From: Callorhinchus milii
Taxonomy: Eukaryota
NCBI RefSeq assembly: GCF_018977255.1
Contig: NW_024704747.1
Span: 19,654,001 to 19,718,000, forward strand
Direction of reading: 5' to 3'
DNA length: 64,000 nucleotides
Below the pieces are notes generated by a model that saw only the letters and a list, made by a program, of their open reading frames with translations, did not search any database and had not been told where the DNA came from. The position numbers and the translations under genes were made by a program. Shown here one piece after another: positions 12,718 to 25,733 of this stretch (position 1 is its first letter; each line of letters opens with the position of its first letter).

Positions 12718-13832
12718 TCAGCAGAAATCTCTCATACGTCTGAAAGATCCAATAGTTGAGCTGGAAGAGCCCCAGTCGCTGAATCGCCTGTACTCTCCGG
12801 GTCTCATGAAGTACTGGCGGCCTCTGTAGTTGGGCTGATCATACATGGTCCAGTAGCCGTCCATCACGTTGCAGGAGTGGATGTCACGGTAGCGAAAACG
12901 GTCATAGACAGATGGGCAATCATCCATGAATTCCATCATCTGTCCTCCAAAGTCAGGTCTCTCGTATACCTTCATTCTGTAGGAACCACCTCTGTGCTGG
13001 AATATAGAAACACAACATTTGTGATGCAGCTGTGAACATATCCACATTAATATAGAGAATTGAAAGGTAGGAGGTGATCACAATAATGATAGGTTCTAAA
13101 TTAATTTATTAATCATGAAAACAAAACAGAAATCTAATTCTAGGATTATTCATATAATTTAATGGTATCCTCATATCCCAATTTACATCCTTATCATTCT
13201 CCCATTTTTCATTATCCGGTTTCATTCTCATTGTATTTAATAATAATAGTGATATATAATATCAAAACTTCTCAAAGAGAATGTGGAAATTACAATTTCT
13301 AGACTCATCCTTCAATTAAAAGGTGACTTGGACATCATATCAAGCATATAATAGCATAAATGTGAAATAGGTTGAATTGATTCCAAAAAGCAAGAGCTGA
13401 AATATATCATATTAATAAGGCATAATACGTCTAAATTGATTGAGAAAATAATTCAGGGTTATTAATAACCTCCAAATTGACTTACGTATGGGTAGGTACG
13501 GCATGATCTGATATTGTCATTGTAGCCCATCCAGCGCTGGTAGTCAGGATACTCTCCCCTGTTCAGAACGTACTGGTATCCCATGTAATTGGGTTTCTCG
13601 TACAGAACCCAGTAGTCACTGTCAACACGGATGGAGTTACAGCGGCTGAAGTAAGACTGCAGGTCGGCACAGTCAGAACTACACTCATAGTGCCGTCCCT
13701 GGAAGTTTCTGTCCTCGTAAAAGATGATCTGAAAAAAGACACAAGTTCAGTCAGTAATTTATCACATTCAAAGATCTGTGCTTTGAACTGTAAATACAAC
13801 TGAGAAATAAAGTTTGGCCTTACCTTTCCCAT
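12718..13832 (-). CDS. gamma-crystallin (gammaM-like), cluster copy 4, 176 aa
   Basis: Exons 13824-13832, 13486-13728 and 12718-12996 ([14 protein letters not shown]...RRMRDFC*). TATA at 13892-13899, MARE-like site at 13954-13967. Confidence 0.95.
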
Positions 13833-14589
13833 TTTGAGCTCACAGTTAACTCAGCAACTGAGTGGATGTGCCATTGCTTCCCACAGCCTAGTATTTATAC
13901 ACTGGACAGAGAGGACACTGTGAGGAATACTTTTGTTATTCTAATGACTTGGGGCTGATCATCAGCAGAAAAAGTTACAGAACAAAACCCCCCATTCCAG
14001 AGAGACACCTGTATTCATATCTACAGCGGGAACATGCATCCTTTTCATTTCGCTTTCACATCAATTGTATTGTTCTATGACAACAAATATTCTAGTGCTA
14101 CACTTCCAATTCTGCTGTCTGCTGTTTCACTGTGCTTTCATGATATTTAAACAAGATGATTTTTATTAAATCTTTTAAAATAAGAATATAATCAGCAGCT
14201 GATATATGTCTTGTTTAATTACCTTAAGTATTTCTACTACACATGGAGTATCAGAATTAGGTGTTTCATGCGCGGTATGTTTTGTGCTCTTGTTCTCATT
14301 GGCTGGCACTCTTGTAGCCTGAGATCACTCTCATTATTGTTGTCTCGATCACTTGAATAATATAAATGAATGTAAAGTAATTTACGGTGTTCAACTTGAA
14401 AGCAGCAGTTTGTTTCCAGACACTTTCCTAACTCTGCCCTTTCCTCTCACCTTTTTTTCTGACACAGTCACGATTTATACTGCTTTGCTCCACTTAAAAA
14501 TTTGCACTTTCTTCATTTCACTCCTTCCTCCTCCCAAAGTCTTCAATCTGCTTCCTCTAACACCCTCTCCTCCTGCCCACACACTCAGG

Positions 14590-14790
14590 AACAGCGTTCC
14601 TTGGGGCTCTATCCTCAGACCTCTCCTTTTTCTCGTCTACGTTCTTCCCTTTGGTTGAGCCATCCACATTTGGTGGCCACTTCCATATGTACAAGGATGA
14701 CACCAACTCTGCACGTATGCCTCGATTCTGGTCAAGGACATCTGCTGTTCTGACAGACTGCTTGTCAGACATCAAGTCCTGGATAACTTA
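14590..14790 (+). mobile_element. Old L2 LINE reverse transcriptase fragment
   Basis: Decayed VPxGSILxPLLF and YxDDT motifs and ctgacagactgcttgtcagacatcaagtcctgg. Similar to the L2 at 31436-32630. Confidence 0.65.
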
Positions 14791-14859
14791 TTCCAATTAT
14801 ACATTGATTTTTTAAAAAATTTGATTCACTATGACTCACTCACTATGTCAAAACAATGT

Positions 14860-15420
14860 GCAGCAGCAATCAACAAGGGAAACAGGATGCTGGGCCATTT
14901 TGCCAAATCTGTTGAGTTTAGATCCTCTCCAGTCTCTCTTTAGGACTTTGTTCTTGGAGTACTGCCTACAGTTCTGGTCTCAGTGACATGAGGCAATCTT
15001 TGGAGGCTGTGCAGAGGAAAGCAATGAGATGATTCTCAGTGTTACTGGAATGAGCTAAGAGCAATGATTGCACAAGCTAGGGCTCTTCAATTTTGAAAGG
15101 AGACCTCTCCTTTCAATTTTGAAAGGAGACCTTAACGACTTGAATAACATTTTAAATGGGATTGAAAAAGTAAACCGAATAATACTCTAGCATGCAGAGC
15201 AAGAGGACATAGATTTTAGTACCGATTGTATTTTAGGCTAGATTTCAAGAAGTATTTATTTACCCAGATGGTAATTAATGACTGGAACAGGTTGTCAGGA
15301 AGGTTGTTAGGACACTGAGTTCATTGGAAAAGAGCTTGATATTGTAATGGGGTATGGTTGGGTGGATATTCTGGAGGGCTGAAATCCAAAGGGCCGAAGG
15401 GCCTTCTTTATCCAAATTAA
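14860..15420 (+). mobile_element. Decayed CR1-type LINE 3' fragment
   Basis: Remnants of KGNRMLG, LEYCxQFWS and LEAVQRxAxR, plus a 3' UTR-like gggccgaagggcc. Confidence 0.6.
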
Positions 15421-15529
15421 TCTTGGCACAAAAGATTCTATCCTTTTTGGTGCCATCATTAGCCCTTCACCTCGGGAGCCAATCGTATCAACGTGGTTGG
15501 AGTGGGTTGCTCACTGCAACCCACAGAGA

Positions 15530-16100
15530 CTGAATGGAATCTTGCCTTCTTATTCGGCCCTCAAGTCTCCTCTAAAACTTTCATCCGGGCTCTGACCAAG
15601 TCTGCTTTCCTCCTTTATTTATCTCTTCTCTGCTCACCAGCATCCTCAGCTACCCATCCACAAGCTCTGGATCATCTAGAACTCTGAGGCACGCATTCTC
15701 TCCAACATTCGGCTTCACAAATCCATTCCCCCCTCCCATCCTCGCCTAACTCCACTGGCTCCCATTTCCCCCTAAACCCATTTTCAGATTTTCATCCTAA
15801 TCCTTCAATGCATCTACAGTTTTGCCCCATCCCATCTCTGCAATCTCTTGCAGCCCTATTTCCCCACCACCTCATCCACGCCCCTAATTATGACCTGCTT
15901 CATACCCTTGTTTGCTCCACCCCACCACTGGAGGGTGTGCTTTCAGCTGTTTTTCAGCCACTATCTGTAGCTCTTTTCTAATCACCTTCCCCACTCTACT
16001 TCCCTCGTGGTTTTTAAAACTAGTCTTAAAATGTATTTCTACAACTGAGCGTTTGAACCACCTCTCCTTACCCTCCATCTCCCTCCTAGCTCAGGCTCCC
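15530..16100 (+). mobile_element. Decayed L2 LINE 3' fragment
   Basis: tccactggctccc (LHWLP) and a pyrimidine-rich 3' region like the other L2 copies. Confidence 0.55.
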
Positions 16101-17404
16101 ACTCCATCATTGTAAAGTTGTTAGAGAATTTCTCCTATGAGAATGGTGCTGTTGACAGTAAATACTTGTGAACCACTTTGTTTAATATGACGTTTAATAT
16201 GTAGAGGTTGGTATATTAAATGCACACATATAACAGTTATATTAAAATGCTTCATTTGTACCTGAGACAACTCAAAGAAAGTGCTGTTCTCAGATTTCAT
16301 CAGGTCTCCATTCAGTATCTTGTACATTTTTGATCAATTCATCAAATCCCTGGAATAGCTCAGATGCAAAGCATTAAATTACAGATCTCACCAATTGTCG
16401 AAAGTCAAATGAGTCAAGTAACTGGAATGGTCGAGATTTGTCAATAAAGGTAATATATGCTGAATCAATTGTATTTAGTTTAAAAGAGAAATACCTGTAA
16501 TTACTCAAAAGTCACCATTTATGGTTATCATAGGGTGCTGTAGCTTTCTTTAGTCATTTGCGCTTTCATCTCAGGAATAGAAGGTTGTGGATTCAAGTCC
16601 CAATCTTGGCTGACACTCAAATGCAGTGATAGTGAGGGTTGCATTGACATACTATGGTAACTTAAATTCTTGATGTGAAGCAGCTATGTCAGATTCTGAT
16701 TTACTGCAGTATTGGTCTCTGAAGGAGCAGAGACACTGTATGCATCAGAGATGAATAACAAGAAAACATTATTGGTAACTATTCGGGAAATAAGGGAATA
16801 AAGGAATATGGAGAAAAAGCACAAGTAATGGGATTTGAAGATATGCCATGATCTTAAAAACTAGTGGCGTAGGTTGAACACCAACAACACTTTAATTTGT
16901 AGTTCTGAAATATCCTTGCACGGTTTCCATTATTTCTAATAATAATAATCATAATAATCCTATCATTTGATATTTTGCCTGATCACATTGTTGAAACATC
17001 TCAATGCTCCTCACAGGATTTTAAAGTGCAATCACTCTATCTTTGGAGGCAAATTATAATAATAATAATAATATTCCTTACATTTGATATAGTGCTTTTC
17101 ACGTCTTCTATACGTCTCAAAGTGCTTCACAGAATATACTGTAAAGTGAATTATTTGCCTTTTGGTAGGATTTATACAAACACAAAAAAAACTGCGGGTA
17201 TCTGATCAAAAATTCAATTGAAAGGTGTTCATGAGGACATGTGACTTTGGTAAAATATTATGAATTGGAAGAATGATGAAATTACTCTGTTATACAGTTT
17301 ACATGAAAACTCAAACTCAAACAATGAAGGTAGTAATAAGGTCAAATATTTTATTCATTTTTTGTCTCATTTGATGAAGACAAATCAAATTCTTCAAGAG
17401 CAAT

Positions 17405-17683
17405 TCAGCTGAAATCCCTCACACGTCTGAAAGATCCAATAGTTGAGCTGGAAGAGCCCCAGTCGCTGAATCGCCTGCACTCTCCGGGTCTCATGAAGTA
17501 CTGGCGGCCTCTGTAGTTGGGCTGCTCATACATGGTCCAGTAGCCGTCCATTACGTTGCAGGAGTGGATGTCACGGTAGCGGAAACGGTCATAGATGAAT
17601 GGGCAATCATCCATGAATTCCATCATCTGTCCTCCAAAGTCAGGTCTCTCGTACACCCTCATTCTGTAGGTGCCACCTCTGTA
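17405..17683 (-). pseudogene. Orphan gamma-crystallin exon 3 (copy 5); exons 1-2 missing
   Basis: Open 279-nt exon with TAG acceptor and AATAAA at 17350-17355. Intron-2 homology continues, interrupted by a SINE and a CR1, to ~20374 and then stops. No cognate exon 2 or exon 1. Confidence 0.8.
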
Positions 17684-18273
17684 CTACAATATAGAAACAC
17701 AACATTTGTGATGAAGTTGTGAACATATCCACATTAATACAATCATAATAATCCTTGCATTTGATATTGCACCTTATCACATTGTCGAGACATTCCAAAG
17801 CACTTCATAAGATATACTGTCAAGTGGATTGACTGTATTTTGTGGGCGAACGAAATATAGAGAACTGAAAGGTAGCAGGTAATTCAACAATTGTTGGAAA
17901 TAAATTTTCTTCCATTTGTGACTTGGAGGTGATTTTATCCCAGCAGGGTGGGGAGGTTAGATCTGTCAGTAATGGTTATTGCAGAACGATGGCCAGGCTT
18001 GAGAATTTCACCTTCTCTCCATCACTGACACGAGCATCAACCACTATTGGTCACGGAAGGGTGAATAACCAAGGGCAGGTCAATGATTTTGTCCTTTGCC
18101 ACTTAATTTTTCTCTGGTATTAGAGTTGAATAATTGCGCAATTAATAATCCAGCACATTCTGTGATAAAGCAGCACATTTCCAATGAAATTGAACCTGCC
18201 ACTAAAGTGTTATCATGGACATGAAGCTTTCAAATTCTAAAGTTCTCAGTTGTTTCACACAAATATTTTGTTT

Positions 18274-20130
18274 CATAAGAACATAAGAATTAGGAGCAGG
18301 AGTAGGCTATTCGGCCCCTCGAGCCTGCCCCGCCATTCAATAAGATCATGGCTGATCTATTCAACTCCACCTACCCCCCACCCCCTCCGCCTTATCCCCA
18401 TATCCCTTAATCCCTTTATCTACAAGAAATCTATCTACCTCAGTCTTGAATATGTTCAAGGACTGAGCATCTACAACCCTTTGGGATAGAGAATTCCATA
18501 AATTCACTACCCTCTGAGTGAAGAAGTTTTTCCTCAACTCAGTGCGAAAGTGCTTACTCCTAATTGTAAGACTGTGACCCCTGGTTATAGTTTCTCCAAC
18601 CAGGGGAAAAAGTCTCCCACTATCTATTCTGTTGTGCCCGTTTATAATCTTATAGATTTCTGTAAGATCACCTCTCATTCTTCTATATTCTAGAGAATAT
18701 AGGCCTAAATTGCTCAACCTATCCTCATAACTCATCCCCCTCATCCCAGGTACCAACCTAGTGAATCTACGTTGTATCCCCTCCAAGGTGAGTACATCCT
18801 TTCTTAAATAAGGAGACCAAAACTGCACACAATACTCTAGGTGAGGTCTCACCATGGCCCTATACAGTTGCAGCAAGATTTCGCTACTCTTATATTCTAA
18901 CCCTTTTGTAACAAATGCCAACACACCGTTAGCCTTCCTAATTGCTTGCTGTACCTGCAAACTAACTTTTTGTGACTGGTGTACAAGGACACCCAAGTCC
19001 CTCTGAACGCTAACACTATCTAGTCTCTCCCCTTCTAAAAAATAATCTGCTCTACTGTTTTTGCCATCTAGATGGATGACTTCACACTTCCCTACATTAT
19101 ACTTCATCTGCTACCTATTTGCCCACTCACCTAACCTATCTATATCTCGTTGCATTTTTTTAATGTCATCCTCGGTGTTTACTCTCCCCCCGCGAATTTG
19201 GATGTATTAAGTTTGATGTCCTCATCTAGATCGTTGATGTAGATTGTAAATAGTTGAGGCCCAAGCATTGATTCTTGTGGCACTCCACTACTCACATCCT
19301 GCCAATCTGAGAAGGACCTGTTTATCCCCACTCTTTGTTTTCTTCCCGTTAGCCATTCTTCAATCCTGATAATATATTCCCTTTAATTCCACGGGCCCCA
19401 ATCTTGTGGATCAACCTTTTATGTGGCACCTTATCGAATGCCTTTTGGAAATCTAAATACACTACATCCACTGATTCCCCCTTATCTAATCTAGCCCCTT
19501 GGTTCATCTCTGTTTCTGGTAAACTTCTTGTGTCTTCTAACTTGAAGACAGAAGCAAAGTATTTATTTAGGGACTCTGCCATATCCTTATCCCCTATTAC
19601 AATTCCTCCTGTCTCTGCCTGTAATGGACCCACATTTACTTTTGCTAGCCTATTTCTCTTAATGTATTTATAAAAACTCTTACAATCTGTCTTAATGCTC
19701 CTAGCCAGCTTGCCCTCATAATCCATTTTCTCACTCTTAATGAGCTTTTTGGTTTTACTTTGTTGGTCCCTAAAACACTCCCAGTCCTCAGGTTTGCTAC
19801 CCTTTTTGTCAGTTTTATTGGCCTTTTCTTTTAGTTTTATACTTTCTCTAATTGCTCTAGTTAGCCACGGATGACCTGCTTTCCCTGTGGTACTCTTATT
19901 CCTCAAGGGAATATGTGACCGCTGAGAATTATGCACTATATCTTTAAACTTTTTCCATTGTTGGTTTATTGTCAGATCCATTAATCTAATTCCCCAGTCT
20001 AATTTTAGCTAATTCTTCCCTCATACCTGCAATGTTAGCTTTATTTAAATTTAAGACCCTTGCTTCGGATTTGACTACAACGCTCTCTAACTTAATATTA
20101 AATTCTATCATGTTGTGATCACTCTGCCCT
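18274..20130 (-). mobile_element. CR1-type LINE, 5'-truncated and internally deleted
   Basis: ORF2 pieces: SDHNMIEF (endonuclease end, ~20120), VDVVYLDFQKAFDKVPH, RDLGVLV, RPHLEYCVQFWSP, FFTQRVVNLWNSL. Short (TTCTTATG)n tail at ~18274-18289. Confidence 0.93.
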
Positions 20131-21084
20131 ATATATATATATTACCAACTAGCCCTGTTTCAATCACAAAATATACAGTCAATTCACTTTACAGTATATT
20201 CTGCGAAGCACCTTAAGATGTCTCAAAGTATTAAATGTAAGGATTATTATTACCCTGTTTCATTCTGATGCTAGATAACAGTAATGATATATAATAACAA
20301 CAAAACAGCAAAAGTTACATTTTCTAAACTTTCGAGATAAAAGGTGAGTTAGACATCAAATCAAGTGAGAATAAGAGTATCTAACCATGAGAGTTCAATG
20401 TATGCCACCAACACATGGATATTCCCATCTTTAGAATGGAATGCACATTGTCCCCAGAGGGTGCACACTGCTTACCTCCTTCTGGAGAGTATTCAGCACA
20501 GGCTGACAAGACCCGAGGCTTGGGTATCCATTACTGTAGCATTGCCCAGAGTTATTTGATGCTGCTGAAGTTGACCAATGCTCAGTAATGGTGTGTATAA
20601 GATGCAAGATTTCTAATTGTATTCCTTAGTAAGTAATTGAAATCAAATAAATAGATTTCCTTCCAGTAACCAGAAGTGAATCACCTTTTGGCTGTTTGTG
20701 GAACATTGCCATGCTTAAATTGGTTGCTGCATTCACCTACAAATATATTTCACAGTAATTTCTGTGAAGTACTTTGAGATATTTTGACCCTGTGATAAGA
20801 CGCTATAATAAATGCAATTAGAAATATTATTATTATCATTATTTGCCATGGTATTTTTAAAATATCTCAATCCCTTGTTCAGTAAAATTATAGGCTAGGA
20901 ATTACTGGCAGACTGTAGTTTCCGATGAAACTTTGAAAAGTGTTGTGATGAGTTTAACTGTGATTATTATATAGGATCTGTTTAGACAGAAGAGTTAGAG
21001 ACTGAAGACAACTGCATTCCAGTGCTGTTTACGTTTATTAGCTATTTGGAATTATTACAATTTTCCCCTGATTTTCACAAAGAT

Positions 21085-23167
21085 TTAAAACTCTGTGATA
21101 CGCTTGAAAGCACCAACAGTTGCATTGAAAGCACCCCAGTCACTGAATCGTTTGTACTCTCCAGGTCTCAGGAAATACTGTTGACCTCTGTAGTTGGGCT
21201 GTTCATAGAAGGCCCAGTTTTCTTCCATCACGTTGCAGGAGTGGATGTCACGGAAGTGGAAATGGTCACAGACGGATGGGCAGTCATCCTTGAATTCCAT
21301 CATCTGTCCTCCAAAGTCAGGTCTCGTACACCTTCATTCTGTAGGAGTCACCTCGAGTCTGAAATATTGCAGCTTACGTAAGAGTATTTCAGAGCACAAA
21401 TCTCGTACCCATTGTTGACGTCATTGTTATTGATCATATAAAACAGTGTTGTGAGCATTTTATAATCCATGCTGTGTACCTAGTTGCAGTTTTAAAGTGC
21501 CCACAGAATATTTTGTCTATAAATAATAATAATCCTTGCATTTGCGCTTTTCACATTTCTAGACGTCTCAAGGTGCTTCACAGAATATACTGTAAAGTGA
21601 ATTGATTGTATATTTGTGGGCGAAACGCGGCAGCCAATTGCACACAGCAGTGTCCCACAAACTGTTGTGGATTGAAAATAACCAATTTATTATTGTTTTT
21701 GTTTTTTGGAGGTATTATTATTACCTGCGGAGTCCTTACTGAGTGATATGATAAATTCCCTGGGCCAAGCTCAAAGTATAATTGGTTTCTCAGTAACACA
21801 GTAGGCAACATAATACGTAGTAAGGTGATAAGAACTTGTTAAACCAACAGATATAAACCTGAAATAGGGACACTCAATGATAATGTGCCCATGTAATTGA
21901 CCCAGTGAAGCAAGAGATAAGATTATTCACAAACTGATGTCAATGTGGTGCAATTGGTGGAACTGGTCACACACTTCACGGTTGTTTATGGGACATTGGC
22001 TGCCGTGTTTGCCCACAAAAAAAACTTTACAGTTTATCTCCACAAGATGATAAGGCACCATATCAAATGCAAAGATTATTATTCATCATAATGTATACAT
22101 GATTGGATTATTGTCTAGAGTGGCTTTCGCTCTGTTTAATTAATTCAAATAAAATTTAATTTTAATTAATTAACAATTCCATTTGGACTATGAAGGTTCA
22201 GGATAAACTGATGGTACACTGGATTCAACTTACAGTTCTATATGTACGACAAGAACTGATTGTGTCATTGAATCCCATCTAGCGCTGATATTTGGAATAT
22301 TCTCCCTTGGTCAGAATGTACTGGTACCCCAAGTAACTGGGTTTCTCGTATATGACCCAGAATCCACTCTCAATGTGGTTGGAGTTGCAGCTCTTGAAGA
22401 AAGATTGTAGGTCATCACAGTCACTACTACATTCGTAGTGATGACCCTGAAAGCTTCTCTCCTCGTAAAAAAATATCTGGTGGAGGAAAAACAGCATATT
22501 GAATAATTAAACTGCTCTGAACAAAATAGGTGAAATTGGAAAGTGTTACAAATAGAATTGTTCATTCATTTCATGGCTGTTCAAGAATGACTCCTCAGCC
22601 CATTTGATCTCATCCTTCCAGAATACTCACCCTACTGTTTTACCATCACACCATCGAACTGTTTCTTAAATGAGTCCAGTGTCCTGGCCTCAACCACCCT
22701 CCCTGATAGCCTGTTTCAGTTGTTAAGAAAAACTTTCCGGTGTCTGTCCTGATTTTGCTCTTTGCAATTCTAGACCTATCTTCTCATTTATTGTCTTGTT
22801 ACATTCTAAAATATTTTCTGAGTATACTTTCTCAAACTTTTAATCACTGCTATAAGGTCCTCTCTAAGGTGCCTTCTCTCAAGCCTTGTTTGCCTAATTG
22901 CTGCTCATAACTCAGCGGACATTGCAGTGTGCAGCGTGCAGTGTGCAAATTGACTACAGCATTTACCTACAAATACTCAGTTATTCCATTTTATAGTAAA
23001 TCCTATGAAGCACTTTGAGACATCCTCCCAACTCTACGAAATTCAACAATAGCAACAACAACTGACATTTATATAGCGCCCTTCACGTGGGGTAGCGTCC
23101 TGGAGCATTTCAAGGATCATGTTATCATTATAATAAAATTTCGCCTGTAAAAACTTACCTTTACCAT
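21085..23167 (-). pseudogene. gamma-crystallin pseudogene (copy 6)
   Basis: Exons 23159-23167 (MVK), 22234-22476 and 21085-21358. TGG>TAG stop at 22279-22281 and a 2-nt deletion near 21322-21326 (ggtctcgtac versus paralog ggtctctcgtac). TATA retained at 23221-23228. Confidence 0.9.
21520..21735 (-). mobile_element. Deu-domain SINE in intron 2 of copy 6
   Basis: Reverse complement of gtttgtgggacactgctgtgtgcaattggctgccgcgtttcgcccacaaa plus an (ATT)n tail. Confidence 0.8.
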
Positions 23168-24149
23168 TTTGAACTCCCCACCTAAAAAGCAGTTGACTGG
23201 ATGTGGGATAGTTTGCTCTTTATTTATAGACTTATCTGAGCCAGCACTTCTGAATACAACTTTTGTTTCATTTGAGTACTGAGGGTTAGATATCAACAAA
23301 AGGATTGTGTGATGTGTATTGCATTCCCTGCCAAACAGTGCTGTGTTTCACCAATACATGAATGATTATTTATGTTCTCTTGTTACATTATGTCAATTCA
23401 ACTGTACAAAGCAATACAATTAGTTGCTTCTCGAATAATCTGGATATACTATTACATGCTGTTGTGTAGTCTATTAACTCTGTACACAGAACAAATTGAA
23501 ATTGAGGTTTCTCATCATACCTCAAGCGCAGAGATAAAATGTGCAATAATTTTGGTACCAGTGACCAGGTAAATGGAATCTGATATTTTTCAGTTAAAAT
23601 GTTCTTCCTTGTAAGAGGGTAAACACCTTTTGCAACTCTGCCAGTAATGTTGACTCAATATAAGATGCATCACGTAACAGGCAACCTGTTTACATACCTT
23701 GCTTCAAATTAAGGTCATTCACATAATAATAATCCTTGAATTTGATATGACACCTTATCATTTTGTCGAAACAACAACTTGCATTTGTATTGTGCCCTTC
23801 ATGGGGGTAGTGTCTCATAGCACTTAGATGACTAAAAGCACCTCACAGGATTTAATAATAATGATAATAATCCTTGCATTTGATATAGTGTCTTCGGGAC
23901 ATCCCAAAGTGCTTCATAGTGGTGGAATTTACTGTAAAGTTTAGTGACTGTGGCGTTGCAGTTGTAGGCTAAACATGGTAGACAGTTGGCACACAGCCAT
24001 ATCCCACAAATAGTCATGAAGCGAATGACTATTTTTATCTGGAGGATTGTTGATCAGGGAGAAATTTCCTTCTCTATTTAAACAGTGCCACGCGATCTTT
24101 AACATGATAATAATATAATACTTGCATTTGATATAACACCTTATCATCC

Positions 24150-24345
24150 TTCCAAAACCAAAAACAATAATAAATTGGTCATTTTCAATCTACGACTGTT
24201 TGTGGGACATTGCTGTGCGCAATTGGCTGCCGCGTTTGCCCACAAATATATACAGTCAATTCACTTTACAGTGTGTTCTGTGAAGCGCTTTGGGATGTCC
24301 TCCCGACGTGAAAAGCGCTATATCAAATGCAAGGATTATTATTAT
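24150..24345 (+). mobile_element. Young Deu-domain SINE, 3' half
   Basis: Nearly identical to the copies at 39851-40061 (+) and 54504-54715 (-). Confidence 0.85.
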
Positions 24346-25639
24346 CATGTCGTAATCGACTAACAACCAGGTCCCTACTTACTGCTAGGTAAACAGAGGC
24401 GTGTGGAATAAGGAAACTTGCCCAACACTTCGGTCTGCCAGGAATTGAACCCAGGTCTCTCGCTCGCAAGGCTCTAAGCACTGAGCTCTAAGTACTCTAA
24501 CCACTAAGCTACATCCACATAAAGAGGCAGACAGGATCTTTGCCAAACATATCCAGAGGAGTCACCTCTAACAATTTCCCCCAGCATTGCATTGGAGCAC
24601 CAGCTTTGCCTATGAGATCACAGCACCAAACATTCTCTGACATCACCACAAATTTCAGACCCACAGCTGCAGTAAGTTAAATATTGTTCACTAGCAGTTT
24701 ATCTTGTGAGCTCCTGCTCCAAATGACTAATCTGATAGAAATAGACTTGATAGAAAAAAAAGGTGATGCCTTTAAAATATTTTAGAAATGAAATCCAGTG
24801 GTGCTCCTACCAACCCACTTCTCAGCTCTATGGTGATGAACCTTGGGAGGTGAGATGGGAGTAAGAAACTACTGTATCTGTCTGGAAAGGCTGGACTGAA
24901 ATAGTTTGTGGAACACTCTCTATAGTATTCTACTGTGAGTTACAGAATCTGTGCATCACGCAACTACAGAGAAACACGAAACTGCAATCCAATATATCAC
25001 CAGAAGAGGAGAGACAAATTATAACAATAATAGCAATAACGAACCTTTCATTTGATTTAGCACGTCACGCTGGGATTCTCAAAGTGATTCACAGGATATA
25101 CTATCAAGTGTAAAGGCTGTGTTTTTTGTAGGTGAATTCAGTACACGAACCTCATGATCACAAGATCGCAAGATTGGCTTCGATAAAGATGCCCCTTCAG
25201 TCCATCTGATCTCATCCCTCCAGCACCCGCACCCCACTGTCCTCCTATTACAGCATCAAGTTGCTTTTTAAATGAGGAGACCTCTCACTCAACTCTCTAC
25301 AGCAGAGCCCAAGAAAGAGAGGAAAACGATTTAGAAAGGATATCTCGCTCTCAATCAAAATAAACAGAGACTGTTTTAAATCCATTCCAAATGATTCTGA
25401 ACACAATACAGTTCACAAGTCGATCATTCCTGAACCACTATCTAAAATACGTTCATACAGCCCTTTGATTTATACACAAAGCAGGTACAGTTATGGAAAA
25501 TCAAACAAAGGCCCTTCTCTGATAGTCAATTGGGGTGTTTTCTGGAAACAACATTGCATTGGTCAGGAATGATTTGGCTCATAAATTAACAAGTCATTAC
25601 AATAACAAAACATTTATTATTGAAGTGTTTTCAGCCCAA

Positions 25640-25647
25640 TATATAAA
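25640..25647 (+). promoter_or_regulatory. TATA box of inverted crystallin copy 7
   Basis: TATATAAA about 90 nt upstream of the ATG at 25734. Confidence 0.65.
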
Positions 25648-25733
25648 GGGACAGGTTTTGAATGAGGTGGCACTGACTGTAAAACTGTTTGTGAGTTTGA
25701 CTGTAATACTTGTGTTGCATTACGAATCACAAA

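Noticed and set aside
15085-15132. Small duplication/palindrome ttcaattttgaaaggagacct x2
   Set aside because: Local slippage inside a decayed CR1 fragment with no sign of function.
24175-24363. Recurring short ORFs ending ...[12 protein letters not shown] that look like a peptide family
   Set aside because: Translations of the SINE 3' tail and its (ATT)n repeat.
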